Positions 10,646 through 21,068 of a stretch of DNA of 64,000 nucleotides are shown piece by piece; position 1 is the stretch's first letter, and each line of letters starts with the position of its first letter. The DNA lies in contig DASTDX010000012.1 of the NCBI GenBank assembly GCA_035710145.1, positions 12,143 through 76,142 of the forward strand. Direction: 5' to 3'. Source of the stretch: Allosphingosinicella sp. (GTDB lineage Bacteria > Pseudomonadota > Alphaproteobacteria > Sphingomonadales > Sphingomonadaceae). The translations under genes and the position numbers were made by a program. The notes beneath the pieces are model-generated. The model was not told the DNA's origin. It saw nothing but the letters and a program-made list of their open reading frames with translations, and did no database searches.

Positions 10646-11626
10646 TCAGATCTCGAAGTTGATCATCTTGGCCATGATGAAGGCGCCGATGCTCATCCAG
10701 ACGATGCCAAGGCCGCCCGCGATCATCAGCCGCGGATCGATGAAAAAGTTCGCAAGGTAGCCGCTGTTGACGAACCAGATCAGCCCGAAGACGATGAACG
10801 GCAAAGCGCCGATGATGTAAGCGGAGGCCTTCGATTCCGAGGACATCGCGCGGATCTTGAGCTTCATCGCCGCACGCTTGCGAAGCACCTCGGCCAGGTT
10901 GGACAGGGTTTCGGCAAGGTTGCCGCCGGTCTCGCGCTGGATCGCAAGGCTGATCACGAAGAACTGGAACTCCGGGGTCCCGAGCCGGTCTGCGGTCTCC
11001 TGCAGCGCGGATTCCATCGTTCGGCCGATCCGCATCTTGTCGGCGACGGCACGGAATTCGAGGCCGACCGGATCCTGGATCTCCGAACCGACGATCCCGA
11101 CCGTTTCGGAAATGGGCAGGCCCGAACGCAGGCCGCGCACCATCAGTTCAATCGCGTCGGGGAACTTCGACGTGAACTTGTTCACCCGCTTCTGGATCAG
11201 CTTGCCGACGACGAAGTGGGGCAGGCCGATGCCGACGAACAAGGCGAAGGAAAGCGCGAGGATCAGGGGCACGCCCTTGAACCACAGCCCGCCCATCACC
11301 AGCACCACGATGCCGGCCGAGGCCGTCACATAATGGAACAATGTCCAGTCCTTACCCGCCTGCTGCAATCGCAGGCGAAGCAAGGCCGGATTGGGGATGA
11401 AGCGCTGCGCAAACCCTTCTGCCGCATTCTGCTGGCGGTTGGCGAAGATCCGTTTCAGCTGGGCCTGGGCGGCGACCTCCGACGACTTGCTGTGCCGTTC
11501 GCGGACGCTCTCGAGCCGCCTCGCCTGAAGCTTGGCGGCCGAGGGGCCGGAAAAGACGACCATGACGAGGAGCAGGGCCACCAGGGCGGCGCCCGCCAGG
11601 ATGTATATCGTAAGACCGGGCATCAT
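10646..11626 (-). CDS. tadB: Flp pilus assembly inner-membrane protein TadB (T2SS F-family)
   Basis: 326 aa with a T2SSF domain (FPDAIELMVRGLRSGLPISE..., IQRETGGNLAETLSNLAEVLR) and TM helices at both ends. Confidence 0.85.
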   Translation of the reverse strand: MMPGLTIYILAGAALVALLLVMVVFSGPSAAKLQARRLESVRERHSKSSEVAAQAQLKRIFANRQQNAAEGFAQRFIPNPALLRLRLQQAGKDWTLFHYVTASAGIVVLVMGGLWFKGVPLILALSFALFVGIGLPHFVVGKLIQKRVNKFTSKFPDAIELMVRGLRSGLPISETVGIVGSEIQDPVGLEFRAVADKMRIGRTMESALQETADRLGTPEFQFFVISLAIQRETGGNLAETLSNLAEVLRKRAAMKLKIRAMSSESKASAYIIGALPFIVFGLIWFVNSGYLANFFIDPRLMIAGGLGIVWMSIGAFIMAKMINFEI

Positions 11627-11656
11627 CCCTCCTCGTCAGACGTGCAGCGGCGGCGG

Positions 11657-12937
11657 TCAGGCCGCCTTCGCTGCGGTCTCCTTGGGCTTCTTGGCGACCA
11701 TCGACTTGAAATTGCCGAGCTTGCTGAAAAGCGAAGCGCTGCCGGACGTCTCCTCGGTGGCGCTGTCCGGATTGGCCTGCTCCAGCGACAGGTTCAGAAG
11801 CTGGACGAGGGGCTGCGTCAGTTTCGACGACTTGGCAGCCTTGGCCAGCGGCTGGCCGAGCTTCGCGGCCTGGGTCGCGGTCTTCGGATCGTACGGGAGG
11901 ACGACGTCCACTTTGCGTTCGATCGAATGCTCGAAATCCTTCCGGCTGACCTCCTGCGCGCTGGTCGTCTTGTTGGCGACGATGATCACCCGCGCCTGCG
12001 GTGCGTTCGACTTGAGCCAGGACAGGATCCGGATCGTGTCGCGCGTCCCCGCAAGCGTGAACTCGCTGACGACGATCACGACATGAGCGTCGTTGAGCAG
12101 ATGCGGGAACTGCACCAGCATGTTGCGCGGAAGATCGACGACCATGCCTTCGAAAGCGTGGCGGATTTCTTCCTGAAGCTGGAAGTAGGCCGATCCGTCG
12201 GTCAACATGGTCTGGTTGATCGGCGCCTCGGCCGAAAGCACGCTGAGCTTGTCGTTCGCCCGGACCATGGCCCGTTCGATGAACAGCCCGTCGATCCGGC
12301 TCGGATTTTCGATTGCGTCGGTCAAGCCTCGGCCCGGCTCCAGATCGAGCGCCAGGGCGCCGGTACCGAAATGGACGTCGAGGTCGAGCAAGGCGGTCGA
12401 ACGGCCGCCCTTGTCGCCCATCAGCCAGGCCAGCGAAGTGGCGATCGTCGATGCGCCGACCCCGCCGCGGACGCCCAATACGGCGGCCATCACGTTCGGC
12501 TTTTCTGCCCCGCCTTCCGCGACCCTGGGCCCGGAAATCGTGAGCTGGGCATTGGCGAAAGCGTCGCGAAGCTGGTCGGCGGTGAACGGCTTCAGCAGAT
12601 AATCCTGGATCCCGCTGGCGACGAGATCGCGGTAGAGCCGGACATCGTTGACCTGGCCGGCGGCGATCACCACCGTTCCGGGCTCGCAGACTTCGGCAAG
12701 CGCGTTGATGTCGTTGAGCGGGTCGCCGGACTCGCTCAGATCAACGAAGAGGATGCAGGGGCTGGCCGAAACGGACAGAGTCTGGACCGCGTTGCGCAGC
12801 CCGCCTTTGTTGACCTTTTCAGGCGACCAGCCATGTTCGACCGCGATCGGCCGAAGCATTTCGGCGGTCGCTTCGTCGCAGACGAACGCTGTGAAGGGAT
12901 CGCGAAGCGCGGCTCCACGGTTGAACGGCGCAGTCAT
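11657..12937 (-). CDS. cpaE: pilus assembly protein CpaE/TadZ (receiver-like N-domain plus deviant ParA/MinD ATPase fold)
   Basis: 426 aa. Pseudo-receiver N-domain, then VLGVRGGVGASTIATSLAWLM, the atypical Walker-A characteristic of CpaE/TadZ. ATG overlaps the cpaD stop. Confidence 0.85.
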   Translation of the reverse strand: MTAPFNRGAALRDPFTAFVCDEATAEMLRPIAVEHGWSPEKVNKGGLRNAVQTLSVSASPCILFVDLSESGDPLNDINALAEVCEPGTVVIAAGQVNDVRLYRDLVASGIQDYLLKPFTADQLRDAFANAQLTISGPRVAEGGAEKPNVMAAVLGVRGGVGASTIATSLAWLMGDKGGRSTALLDLDVHFGTGALALDLEPGRGLTDAIENPSRIDGLFIERAMVRANDKLSVLSAEAPINQTMLTDGSAYFQLQEEIRHAFEGMVVDLPRNMLVQFPHLLNDAHVVIVVSEFTLAGTRDTIRILSWLKSNAPQARVIIVANKTTSAQEVSRKDFEHSIERKVDVVLPYDPKTATQAAKLGQPLAKAAKSSKLTQPLVQLLNLSLEQANPDSATEETSGSASLFSKLGNFKSMVAKKPKETAAKAA

Positions 12938-13629
12938 CAGTTATTGCCCCCCGTCGTGCTGGATTCCCGAAGTCCGCCCTGGCCGGTCGGTGTGGCCTGG
13001 CGGTAGCTGCGAATGGCTCGGGTCGCCGTGGCGGCGCCACTATTGCCGCCGTCCTGGCCCTGAACGAGGTCGTTCGGGTTGGCGATCATGGCGGCGAGAT
13101 TGGCGTTGGTCGCACAGCCGTAATTGGACGACGTGTTGCCGGTCGCGGCGATTTCGGCGGGTGCCCAGTTCGGGCAGCCCGGAACGTTCGCCAGCGCGCG
13201 ACTCGCCACTACCCGCAAGGTGCCGGGCGGGACGGATCCTGCCGTGATCGGCGCGGCAGCGTCGACCAGCAGGAGGCCGTAGCGGGCAGCCACTCCGGCG
13301 ACATCGCGCCGAGCGGCCTCCGACTGATAGCCTGAAGCCTCGTCGATCGTGACCTGATCGCCATAGCGAAGGTCGATCGAGTCGAACCAGGCATCGAGCC
13401 GCGCCAGCTCCGCCGGGGCCACGCCGTCGCCGCTGGTGGCGACGTCGAACACGAAGTCGGTACGCTGAAGGACCGGCTGGTGGACCGAATAGAGGCTGGG
13501 GTTGTTGGCTGCGGTCAGATGCTCCGGCGCCGAGGCGCAGCCGGTCGCTCCGATTCCGAGCGCCGCTACCGCGGTGAAAGTGATCATTCGAGACATGGTC
13601 GGACTGTCCTTTCGGGCTCGGGCGGTCAT
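12937..13629 (-). CDS. cpaD: pilus assembly lipoprotein CpaD
   Basis: 230 aa with a lipobox (AALGIGATGCAS). Its position between the secretin and cpaE and its size fit CpaD. ATG shares one base with the cpaC TGA. Confidence 0.7.
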   Translation of the reverse strand: MTARARKDSPTMSRMITFTAVAALGIGATGCASAPEHLTAANNPSLYSVHQPVLQRTDFVFDVATSGDGVAPAELARLDAWFDSIDLRYGDQVTIDEASGYQSEAARRDVAGVAARYGLLLVDAAAPITAGSVPPGTLRVVASRALANVPGCPNWAPAEIAATGNTSSNYGCATNANLAAMIANPNDLVQGQDGGNSGAATATRAIRSYRQATPTGQGGLRESSTTGGNN

Positions 13630-15173
13630 CAGAAGTTGAATCCGGGCTGGGCCGACGCCGGGGCGGTCTGCGGGGGCAGGGCCACGTCGCTCCGCTGGGC
13701 CTGCTGGACCGGCGGCTGGGTCGGCGCTTGCGGAACCGAGGCGGCGGCGCCGGTGATCCCGGGAGCCACGGTCTGGATCGCGCCGGACGTCGGCACCGGG
13801 CGCTGTTCGCCGCTGCGGCTGTCATGTTCGCGGCCGATCAGCAGGCGATTGCCTTCGTTGGTGTTCCTGAACCCGTCGGTCGGGAGCGAGACCTGGTTGG
13901 CCGAGACCGGCTGCACCAGATAAGGCGTGACGACGATGACCAGCTCGGTCTCGTTGCGGCGGAAATTGTTCGACCGGAACAAGGCGCCGATGATCGGCAG
14001 GCTGCCGATACCGGGGGTCCGATCGACGGAGTTGCTGAGCGTGTTGCGCATCAGCCCCGCGATGATGATGCTCTGGCCGGAGCCCAGCTCTACCGTCGTC
14101 TCCGAGCGGCGGATGGTCAAAGCCGGAACCTCGAACCCGTTCAGCTCGACCGCGCCGGCCGACGAGAGCTCCGAGACTTCCGGGCGAACCCGCATCGAGA
14201 TCCGGCCGTTCTCCAGCACGTAAGGCGTGAAGGCCAGGCCGACGCCGAACTGCTTGAACTCGACGGTGACGTTGCCGAGCGACTGCGAGATCGGGATCGG
14301 GAATTCGCCGCCGGCGAGGAAGCTGGCGGTTTCACCCGAAAGCGCCGTCAGGGTCGGCTCGGCCAGGATGTTGACGAGGCCGTTATTCTCGTTGAGCCGG
14401 GCGGCGCCGGCGATGTCCAGGCCGAGCACGTTGCGGAGCAACAGTCCGACGTTGGTGATCCCTTCCGGACGCGGGAAGCTGACGCTCCCATCGTCGTTGA
14501 AATCGGCGACATTGGCGCCGCGGCCGAACACGAAGCCAGTGCTTCCACCGCTCCGGTCGAACGATTCCAGGTCGACACCGACTTCGCGGACCAGAGTCCG
14601 GCTGACTTCGGCGAACGTGACCTTCAGCATGACCTGCTGAGGCGTCGCGGTGCGGAGGCGGCTCACCACCTGCGTGGACTCGCCGACGAAGGCCTGGGCG
14701 AGGCGTTCGGCCTCGGCGGCGTCCTCCGGCTGCGCAACCGTTCCGGTCAGCAGGACCAGGCCGTTCATCGGCGTCGCATTGATGTTCGCTTCCGGCATGG
14801 CCAGCTGGAGCATCTGATCGACCGAAGCCAGGTTCTGACCGACCCGGACATTGGCCGAGTAGATGACTCGGCCGGCGCGATCGGTCGCGAACACGGTGGT
14901 CTGTCCGGCGCCTGCACCGAAGATGAAGATCTGGTTGCCCGAGCGCACCTGGACGTCGGCGACGCCTGGGTTGGCGACGAACACGTCGCTCATCGTGCCG
15001 TTGAGGCGAACCATCCGGCCGGTTCCGACCGAGAGGACCACATCGTTGGTCGGCGTGACGACCGTGGACTGGGCGACGGCCGGGCCGGCCGGCGCGAGGG
15101 CCAGGCTCGCCGCCAGGGCGGCGGAGACGGCCGTTCCCAGCGCAAAGCGCCGGATCAATTTGGGCTTGTTCAT
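13629..15173 (-). CDS. cpaC: Flp pilus secretin CpaC/RcpA
   Basis: From the ATG at 15173: MNKPKLIRRFALGTAVSAALAASLALAPAGPAVAQ signal peptide, a BON-like region and a C-terminal secretin domain (LAEPTLTALSGETASFLAGGEFP...PGIGSLPIIGALFRS). The longer ORF to 15656 overlaps cpaB and is rejected. Confidence 0.88.
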   Translation of the reverse strand: MNKPKLIRRFALGTAVSAALAASLALAPAGPAVAQSTVVTPTNDVVLSVGTGRMVRLNGTMSDVFVANPGVADVQVRSGNQIFIFGAGAGQTTVFATDRAGRVIYSANVRVGQNLASVDQMLQLAMPEANINATPMNGLVLLTGTVAQPEDAAEAERLAQAFVGESTQVVSRLRTATPQQVMLKVTFAEVSRTLVREVGVDLESFDRSGGSTGFVFGRGANVADFNDDGSVSFPRPEGITNVGLLLRNVLGLDIAGAARLNENNGLVNILAEPTLTALSGETASFLAGGEFPIPISQSLGNVTVEFKQFGVGLAFTPYVLENGRISMRVRPEVSELSSAGAVELNGFEVPALTIRRSETTVELGSGQSIIIAGLMRNTLSNSVDRTPGIGSLPIIGALFRSNNFRRNETELVIVVTPYLVQPVSANQVSLPTDGFRNTNEGNRLLIGREHDSRSGEQRPVPTSGAIQTVAPGITGAAASVPQAPTQPPVQQAQRSDVALPPQTAPASAQPGFNF

Positions 15174-15174
15174 C

Positions 15175-16197
15175 TTACCTGGCTCCCACCGGAACGATCG
15201 TGACGTTGTTGCCGCGGGCGATCCGAACGACCGGACCCGTCGGCGCACCATCCACGTTGGTCTGACCACCCTGTCCGGCAGGCGCGGCATTATTGCCCTG
15301 TGCGGCCGGACGGGCTGGGACGCTGCTGCGCTGGAAGCGCGAAACGTCGGCACCGACAGTGTAGGTTGGGTTGCTGTCGATCGGCTGATTGGCGACCGCC
15401 AGAAGCATCCGCCGCTCGGCATTGGGATCGTCGGTCTGCGGCACCTGAACCTCGCCGGCGGCAATGGCCCGCTCGAGCTCGGCGCTGTTGTCCGCGAGCG
15501 AACGAAGCGACAGTGAAAGCTGCCCGATGGTCTGGGCGACCGCGATCTTCTCGGCGATCTTCGGGGTCGCCTCGAAGGTGACCGTCGAAGTGCTCTGGGC
15601 GACCTGGTTGCCTTCTTCGTTACGGGCATCCAGTCGCTGATCGACCGCGAGGACACGGATGTTGCGGATGATCGTCTCGGAGACCCGCAGCGGGCTTCCG
15701 TCGCCGCCTCCGGCCACTTCCTGGGTCAGGACCAGGTCGACCCGGTCGCCCGGGAAGACGAAGCCTGCGACGCCACTGGTCGTGGACACGCCGACGGTGA
15801 CGGCGCGCATGCCGGGGCCAAGCGCCGCCGCCAGGAAACCACGTTCACCGGGACGGACGAGCGATCCGCGAGTGACCGGCTGGCCGGCCGTGATCTCGCT
15901 TCGAACGACGGTGCCGATCAGGGTCGAGGGCTCGACTGCACCCTCGGCGCCCCTGACGAAATAGACGTCCTGGACCAGACCCTCGGGCCATGGCTGGTAG
16001 CGGAAGGCTTCCGCATCGATGATCGTCCCGATCGGAAGCGTCCGGGTCGCGACGAGTACCTGGGGACCAACCGGGACGGCCGGCCCAGCCACCGCCTGCG
16101 GCGCAGACGCGCCGGAGAACATGTTCTTGGCCGCCACCGCGGTGATTCCGGCGATGATGAGCGCGCCTACCAGAAGCGCAATTTTCTTGAAGTCCAT
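15175..16197 (-). CDS. cpaB: Flp pilus assembly protein CpaB
   Basis: 340 aa. N-terminal anchor MDFKKIALLVGALIIAGITAVAA, then SAF/RcpC-type domains (PIGTIIDAEAF..., RAVTV...GFVFPGDRVDL). Confidence 0.85.
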   Translation of the reverse strand: MDFKKIALLVGALIIAGITAVAAKNMFSGASAPQAVAGPAVPVGPQVLVATRTLPIGTIIDAEAFRYQPWPEGLVQDVYFVRGAEGAVEPSTLIGTVVRSEITAGQPVTRGSLVRPGERGFLAAALGPGMRAVTVGVSTTSGVAGFVFPGDRVDLVLTQEVAGGGDGSPLRVSETIIRNIRVLAVDQRLDARNEEGNQVAQSTSTVTFEATPKIAEKIAVAQTIGQLSLSLRSLADNSAELERAIAAGEVQVPQTDDPNAERRMLLAVANQPIDSNPTYTVGADVSRFQRSSVPARPAAQGNNAAPAGQGGQTNVDGAPTGPVVRIARGNNVTIVPVGAR

Positions 16198-16248
16198 GGC
16201 GTTCCGTCGCCTCCCCCGGTTCGGGACTGAAAGTTCAGCCCTTAGTCA

Positions 16249-16716
16249 TCAGCCAAATTGGTAAAGAAAACGTTCGCTAATCAGCCACAAACCGGCGAAC
16301 GCGATCGCGACGCCGTATGGAACCTCCAATTGTCTCTGCTGGCGGGCGAGGCGCTGGCGGATCACCATCGCCAAGGTGAGCACTCCGCCGGCCAGCGACA
16401 TGATCACGAGCAAGGGAAGAAGCGCCGCCGCCGGCACCCACAAAGCCAGAGCGCCGAGCATCTTCACGTCGCCACCCCCCATCGCACCCAAAGCGAAGGG
16501 GATCGTGAACAGGCCGAAGACCAGAAGCGCGAGGCCGATCTGCCAGGCGACGTCCGGCCAGAGGCCGAGCCCGCTCGCCCACCAGAAGGGGAGAGCGAGC
16601 AACGCAATCGTGAGATTGAGGCCGTTCGGGATCGTGCGCGAGCGCAGATCCAGCCAGCTTGCGGTCAGCAGCAGGAGCGCAAGCACGGCCAGCAACGAGG
16701 TGGTCAGGAAAGTCAT
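16249..16716 (-). CDS. cpaA: A24-family prepilin peptidase CpaA
   Basis: 155 aa polytopic membrane protein with the GGGDVKMLGALALW aspartyl-peptidase motif. First gene of the operon. Confidence 0.85.
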   Translation of the reverse strand: MTFLTTSLLAVLALLLLTASWLDLRSRTIPNGLNLTIALLALPFWWASGLGLWPDVAWQIGLALLVFGLFTIPFALGAMGGGDVKMLGALALWVPAAALLPLLVIMSLAGGVLTLAMVIRQRLARQQRQLEVPYGVAIAFAGLWLISERFLYQFG

Positions 16717-16764
16717 CGCCTCAAGCCTCTAGACGGCCGAGCTTTCCAAACCGTAACCGGGGCG

Positions 16765-17703
16765 ATGATGGCCGAATCCCGAATTGCCCGAATCCGCCCG
16801 CCCCAAGCGCATTTCAGCTGGTGGGAAGCCGCGGATGGCCAGCGCCTTCGCCGGATGGACTGGCCACAGCCGGCCGGAACCCGTGCGCGCGGCAACCTTC
16901 TGTTCGCCGGTGGCCGAGCGGATTTCATCGAGAAATATCTCGAAGCCTATGCCGACTGGCATCGGAGCGGCTGGAACGTCAGCGCCTTCGATTGGCGCGG
17001 ACAGGGTCTCTCAGTCGGCGAGCAGGCGCCGGAAAATCCCGAAAGCTTCGACCCTCTCGTCGAGGATCTGGCCGGCTTCATGGCCGACTGGCGCGCCGGG
17101 GGCGATGGTCCCTTCGTCGTGATCGGCCATTCGATGGGCGGCCATCTCCTGCTTCGGACCCTGGTCGACAAGGCGCCGGCTCTGGACGCCGCCGTGCTGA
17201 TCGCACCGATGGTGCTCGTGAACTCCGCCCCCGTCCCGGATTGGCTGGCACCGAATTTCGCGGAGATGATGTGTCTGGTCGGCATGCGCTCACAGCCGAT
17301 GTGGAAGACGGCTAAGGCGCTGAGCCGTCCGGGCTCGCAGCGGCAGGGCCTTCTGACGGGATGCCGCGAGCGCTACGAGGACGAATTGTTCTGGTGGCGC
17401 AAGCAGCCGGAGCTTCGATTGGGGGCGCCGAGCTGGGGCTGGATGAGGGCCGCTTATCGTTCGTCGGCCGCCGCCTTCACCGCGGAGAAGCTGAAACGGG
17501 TCAAGCTGCCGGTGCTTCTGCTCGCGACGCGGCTGGACCGGCTGGTCAGCGCCGCCGCGATCGAGAGGGTCGCCGGCTTGCTGCCGAATGCGGAGCTCGA
17601 GATGTTCGAGGATTCCGCGCACGAAATCCTTCGTGAGGAAGACCCGATCCGAAGTCGCGCGCTGGAGCGGATCGATGTCTTTCTTCGAGCGAACCTGCAG
17701 TGA
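16765..17703 (+). CDS. alpha/beta hydrolase (lysophospholipase-like)
   Basis: From the ATG at 16765 (MMAESRIARIRPP...). GHSMGGHL nucleophile elbow and a C-terminal SAHEILRE histidine region. The upstream part of track ORF 16258.. is antisense to cpaA and is rejected. Confidence 0.8.
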   Translation: MMAESRIARIRPPQAHFSWWEAADGQRLRRMDWPQPAGTRARGNLLFAGGRADFIEKYLEAYADWHRSGWNVSAFDWRGQGLSVGEQAPENPESFDPLVEDLAGFMADWRAGGDGPFVVIGHSMGGHLLLRTLVDKAPALDAAVLIAPMVLVNSAPVPDWLAPNFAEMMCLVGMRSQPMWKTAKALSRPGSQRQGLLTGCRERYEDELFWWRKQPELRLGAPSWGWMRAAYRSSAAAFTAEKLKRVKLPVLLLATRLDRLVSAAAIERVAGLLPNAELEMFEDSAHEILREEDPIRSRALERIDVFLRANLQ

Positions 17704-18818
17704 CCGCGGTTGCGGACGTCGTCATCGTCGGCGCCGGAATGGCCGGTGCAAGCCTTGCCGCGGAACTGGCCGGACGGGCATCGGTCCTTCTGCTCGAGGG
17801 GGAAAGCCGGCCGGGCTACCATTCGACCGGTCGGTCGGCCGCCTTTCTGTCCGAGACTTATGGTGGACCCCACATCCAGCCGCTGACGAGCGCGTCGCGG
17901 CGCTTTCTCGAGGATCCCCCGACGGACTTCTCGCCTGAGCCGTTCCTCTCGCGCCGGGGCGCGCTTCATATCGCCGATTCCGGCGGCGAAGCGGCCCTCG
18001 ACACCTTGTTCCGTTCCTTCCGCCGGACCGTCCAGCTCGAGCCCTGGTATCGCTTCGAGCTGCTGCGCATGTTGCCCGACCTTCGCGACGGATGGAATCT
18101 CGGCCTGTGGGAGCCCAGTTGCGCGGACATCGATGTGGCCCGGCTGCATACGACCTATCTCGGCCGGGCCCGGGCCATGGGCGCGCGACTGGTCACCGAT
18201 GCCATGGTCAGCGAGGCCCGGCGCGAACCCGGCGGCTGGCAGGTCGAGACCGCCGCCGGAATCTTTGCGGGCCGGGTGCTGGTCAATGCGGCGGGGGCCT
18301 GGGCCGACCGGGTGGCGGTCAGCGCCGGCCTGTCTCCTCTCGGAATCCAGCCTTATCGCCGGACCATGGCCCAGTTGCGGGTGGATCCACCGCCGCGCCG
18401 GGACCTGCCGCTGGTGATCGACGCGCTCGGCCGCTTCTACTTCAAGCCGGAGGCGGGTGGCCGGCTCTGGCTCAGTCCCCATGACGAGACCGCCTGCGAA
18501 CCCTGCGACTGCGCCGCGGAAGAACATGACGTCGCTTTGGCCATAGATCGCCTCGAACAGGTGATGGACATCAGGGTCGAGGCGGTCGAGCATCGCTGGG
18601 CCGGCTTGAGGACCTTCGCGCCCGACCGGCTCCCCGTTTACGGCTACGCGCCCGGCCGCGAGGATTTCTTCTGGTTCGCCGGCCAGGGCGGTTTCGGGAT
18701 CCAGACGGCGCCGGCCGCGGCCAAGATCGCCGCCGCCTTGCTGCTTGAGACGGCGCCCGATCCGCTGGTCGCGCAGATCGATCCCCGGGTCTACGCTCCT
18801 GACCGGTTGCTGAACTGA
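17700..18818 (+). CDS. FAD-dependent oxidoreductase (DAO family)
   Basis: [18 protein letters not shown] dinucleotide-binding motif at the N-terminus. 372 aa. GTGA overlap with the preceding hydrolase gene. Confidence 0.8.
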   Translation: MTAVADVVIVGAGMAGASLAAELAGRASVLLLEGESRPGYHSTGRSAAFLSETYGGPHIQPLTSASRRFLEDPPTDFSPEPFLSRRGALHIADSGGEAALDTLFRSFRRTVQLEPWYRFELLRMLPDLRDGWNLGLWEPSCADIDVARLHTTYLGRARAMGARLVTDAMVSEARREPGGWQVETAAGIFAGRVLVNAAGAWADRVAVSAGLSPLGIQPYRRTMAQLRVDPPPRRDLPLVIDALGRFYFKPEAGGRLWLSPHDETACEPCDCAAEEHDVALAIDRLEQVMDIRVEAVEHRWAGLRTFAPDRLPVYGYAPGREDFFWFAGQGGFGIQTAPAAAKIAAALLLETAPDPLVAQIDPRVYAPDRLLN

Positions 18819-19240
18819 CTCGCGGCGGCGCAGGCGAGCCGGTCCGCGCGTTCATTTTCGGGATGGCCGGAATGGCCTTTTACCCAATGCCACTCCACCG
18901 TGTGCGCGGCGGCGGCGTCTACCAGCTCCTGCCACAATTCGGCATTCTTGACCGGCTTTCGGTCCGCGGTCTTCCAGCCGTTGCGCTTCCAGCCATGGAT
19001 CCACTTGGTGATGCCGTCGCGGACATAGTTGCTGTCGGTGTACAGTTTCACTCGGCACGGACGCTTCAACGCTTCCAGCGCCCGGATGGCGGCGAGCAAT
19101 TCCATGCGATTGTTGGTGGTGAGCGGTTCGCCGCCGCTGATCTCCTTCTCTTTTTGATCGGCGCGGATCACCGCACCCCAGCCGCCGGGACCGGGGTTGC
19201 CCTTGCACGCCCCGTCGGTGAATATCTCGACGAAAGTCAC
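18791..19240 (-). CDS. rnhA: ribonuclease HI
   Basis: [21 protein letters not shown]...[17 protein letters not shown]...LYTDSNYV...[17 protein letters not shown], the full RNase H catalytic set. GTG start at 19240 overlaps the ispH TGA (GTGA). Confidence 0.92.
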   Translation of the reverse strand: MTFVEIFTDGACKGNPGPGGWGAVIRADQKEKEISGGEPLTTNNRMELLAAIRALEALKRPCRVKLYTDSNYVRDGITKWIHGWKRNGWKTADRKPVKNAELWQELVDAAAAHTVEWHWVKGHSGHPENERADRLACAAASQFSNRSGA

Positions 19241-20187
19241 GCTGCCTGGAGGTCGGCCGGCAGCTTGAAGATCATGCGTTCCTCGACCCCCTCGACCGGC
19301 TCCTCGGTCACTTCGAACCGCTCTGACAGCCGGTCGACCACTTCCCGAACCAGCAGCTCCGGTGCGGAGGCCCCGGCCGTGATGCCGAGCGTCCGAACCC
19401 CCTCGAGCCAGTCGAAATCCAGGTCCACGCCACGGCCGATCAGCCGTGCCCGAGTGCCTTCGCGCTCGGCCACTTCGACCAGCCGAAGCGAGTTGGAGCT
19501 GTTGGGCGAACCGATTACGATCAGCGCATCGCACCGGCCGGCGATCGCCTTGACGGCCGCCTGCCGATTCGAGGTGGCGTAGCAGATGTCCTCCCCGCGC
19601 GGGCCTTGGATGGCCGGAAAGCGGCGCTTGAGGATGTCGATAATCTCGGCCGTGTCGTCGACGGAAAGTGTCGTCTGGGTCAAATAGGCGAGCCGATCGG
19701 GATCCCCGGGCTGGACCGCTTCGGCCTGTTCCGCGGACTCGACCAGGGTCATTCGGCCCTCCGGCACCTGGCCGAACGTGCCGATCACTTCGGGATGGCC
19801 GGCATGGCCGACGAAGAGGATGTGTCGGCCCTGCTCGATCAGCCGTTCCGCCTGGCGGTGAACCTTGGAGACGAGCGGACAGGTGGCATCGAGATAATTG
19901 AGACCGCGAGCCTCGGCCTTGGCGGGGACCGCCTTCGGGACACCGTGGGCGGAAAAGACCACCGGCACGCCGTCCGGCACATCGTCCAGCTCCGGGACGA
20001 ACACCGCGCCCTTCGCCTTGAGGCTGTCGACGACGAACTTGTTGTGGACGATCTCGTGGCGGACATAGACCGGCGCGCCGAAGCGCTCGAGCGCCAGCTC
20101 GACGATTCGAATGGCTCGATCGACGCCCGCGCAGAATCCGCGCGGCGCGGCGATCAGCAGGGTGAGGGGAGGCTTGCCGGTGGCCAT
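19237..20187 (-). CDS. ispH: 4-hydroxy-3-methylbut-2-enyl diphosphate reductase
   Basis: From the ATG at 20187: [30 protein letters not shown]...VRHEIVHN...[11 protein letters not shown]...ICYATSNRQ, the IspH/LytB conserved Cys triad context. About 316 aa. Confidence 0.93.
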   Translation of the reverse strand: MATGKPPLTLLIAAPRGFCAGVDRAIRIVELALERFGAPVYVRHEIVHNKFVVDSLKAKGAVFVPELDDVPDGVPVVFSAHGVPKAVPAKAEARGLNYLDATCPLVSKVHRQAERLIEQGRHILFVGHAGHPEVIGTFGQVPEGRMTLVESAEQAEAVQPGDPDRLAYLTQTTLSVDDTAEIIDILKRRFPAIQGPRGEDICYATSNRQAAVKAIAGRCDALIVIGSPNSSNSLRLVEVAEREGTRARLIGRGVDLDFDWLEGVRTLGITAGASAPELLVREVVDRLSERFEVTEEPVEGVEERMIFKLPADLQAA

Positions 20188-20333
20188 TTCGTGAACGCCC
20201 TTATGTCGATCCCGCCGGCGCGTCCACCGTCGCGGCCGCTTCGCTTGCCTGCGCGAAACCCGCTTCCTATGATCCCGCGCCTGCCTTAGGGGAGGCATAT
20301 AGGTAGTCGTCTGCACAGTTCGAGGATCCCGAT

Positions 20334-20978
20334 TTGCGCCTGTTCAAAATTTCTGCGGCCGCGGTCGCCTTGCTTTCCCTCGGCCTCGCCGGATGCGCCC
20401 GTGAAGGCGATATCCAGCAGACCGGCATCCTGACGACATACAGCGCCTGTCCCCCGGTGGCGGTGGTCGCGCCTGCCGGCGACGTCACCTTGTTCAACCC
20501 GCCGAGCAGCCGCGATTCGACCGCGATCGACGTGGTCGCCCACATCACCAATGTGCGCAGCACCTGCGACGAGAGCGGCCAATATATCGTCACCAACGCC
20601 AGCTTCGAAGTTCAGGCCCAGCGGCGTGATCCCCGCGGCGCCCGCGACGTGGTGCTGCCCTATTTCGCGACCGTCCTTCAGGGGAACGGCAATATCGTCG
20701 CCAAAAGGGTGGCCAATGTCGGGCTCCGCTTCGAGGATGGTCAGCTTCGCGCCACGACCACCGGCGCCGCGACCTCGCAGGTCCTTCGCGCGGCCGCGAC
20801 CCTGCCCGAGGATATTCGCCAGCAGATCACCCGCACTCGCCGACCGGGTGACGCGGACGCCGCGCTCGATCCGATGGCGGATCCGGCGGTTCGGGCCGCG
20901 GTGGAGCGGGCGCGCTTCGAGCTTCTGATCGGCTTCGATCTCACCGCCGACCAGCTGCGGTACAACGCTACGCGCTGA
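20334..20978 (+). CDS. hypothetical lipoprotein
   Basis: TTG start. [24 protein letters not shown] signal plus lipobox. 214 aa with high GC3 and no family I recognise. Confidence 0.6.
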   Translation: MRLFKISAAAVALLSLGLAGCAREGDIQQTGILTTYSACPPVAVVAPAGDVTLFNPPSSRDSTAIDVVAHITNVRSTCDESGQYIVTNASFEVQAQRRDPRGARDVVLPYFATVLQGNGNIVAKRVANVGLRFEDGQLRATTTGAATSQVLRAAATLPEDIRQQITRTRRPGDADAALDPMADPAVRAAVERARFELLIGFDLTADQLRYNATR

Positions 20979-21068
20979 TCCTTCACCCGCTCGCTGATCG
21001 AGCGGGCCGTCGTTGAAACAGTCGGGAATCGTGCTAAACTTGGGTTAGGCAGCCTGGGGGCAGCTAAC

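Noticed and set aside
15174-15656. Upstream extension of the cpaC ORF. Analogous extensions occur for gcvPB (25509..25976), ispH (20188..20316), rnhA (19241..19534), fixJ (63608..63781) and the PAP2 gene (28836..29159).
   Set aside because: These extensions overlap the preceding gene in another frame. Recognisable N-termini (signal peptide, conserved motifs) and ATGA/GTGA coupling define the shorter starts.
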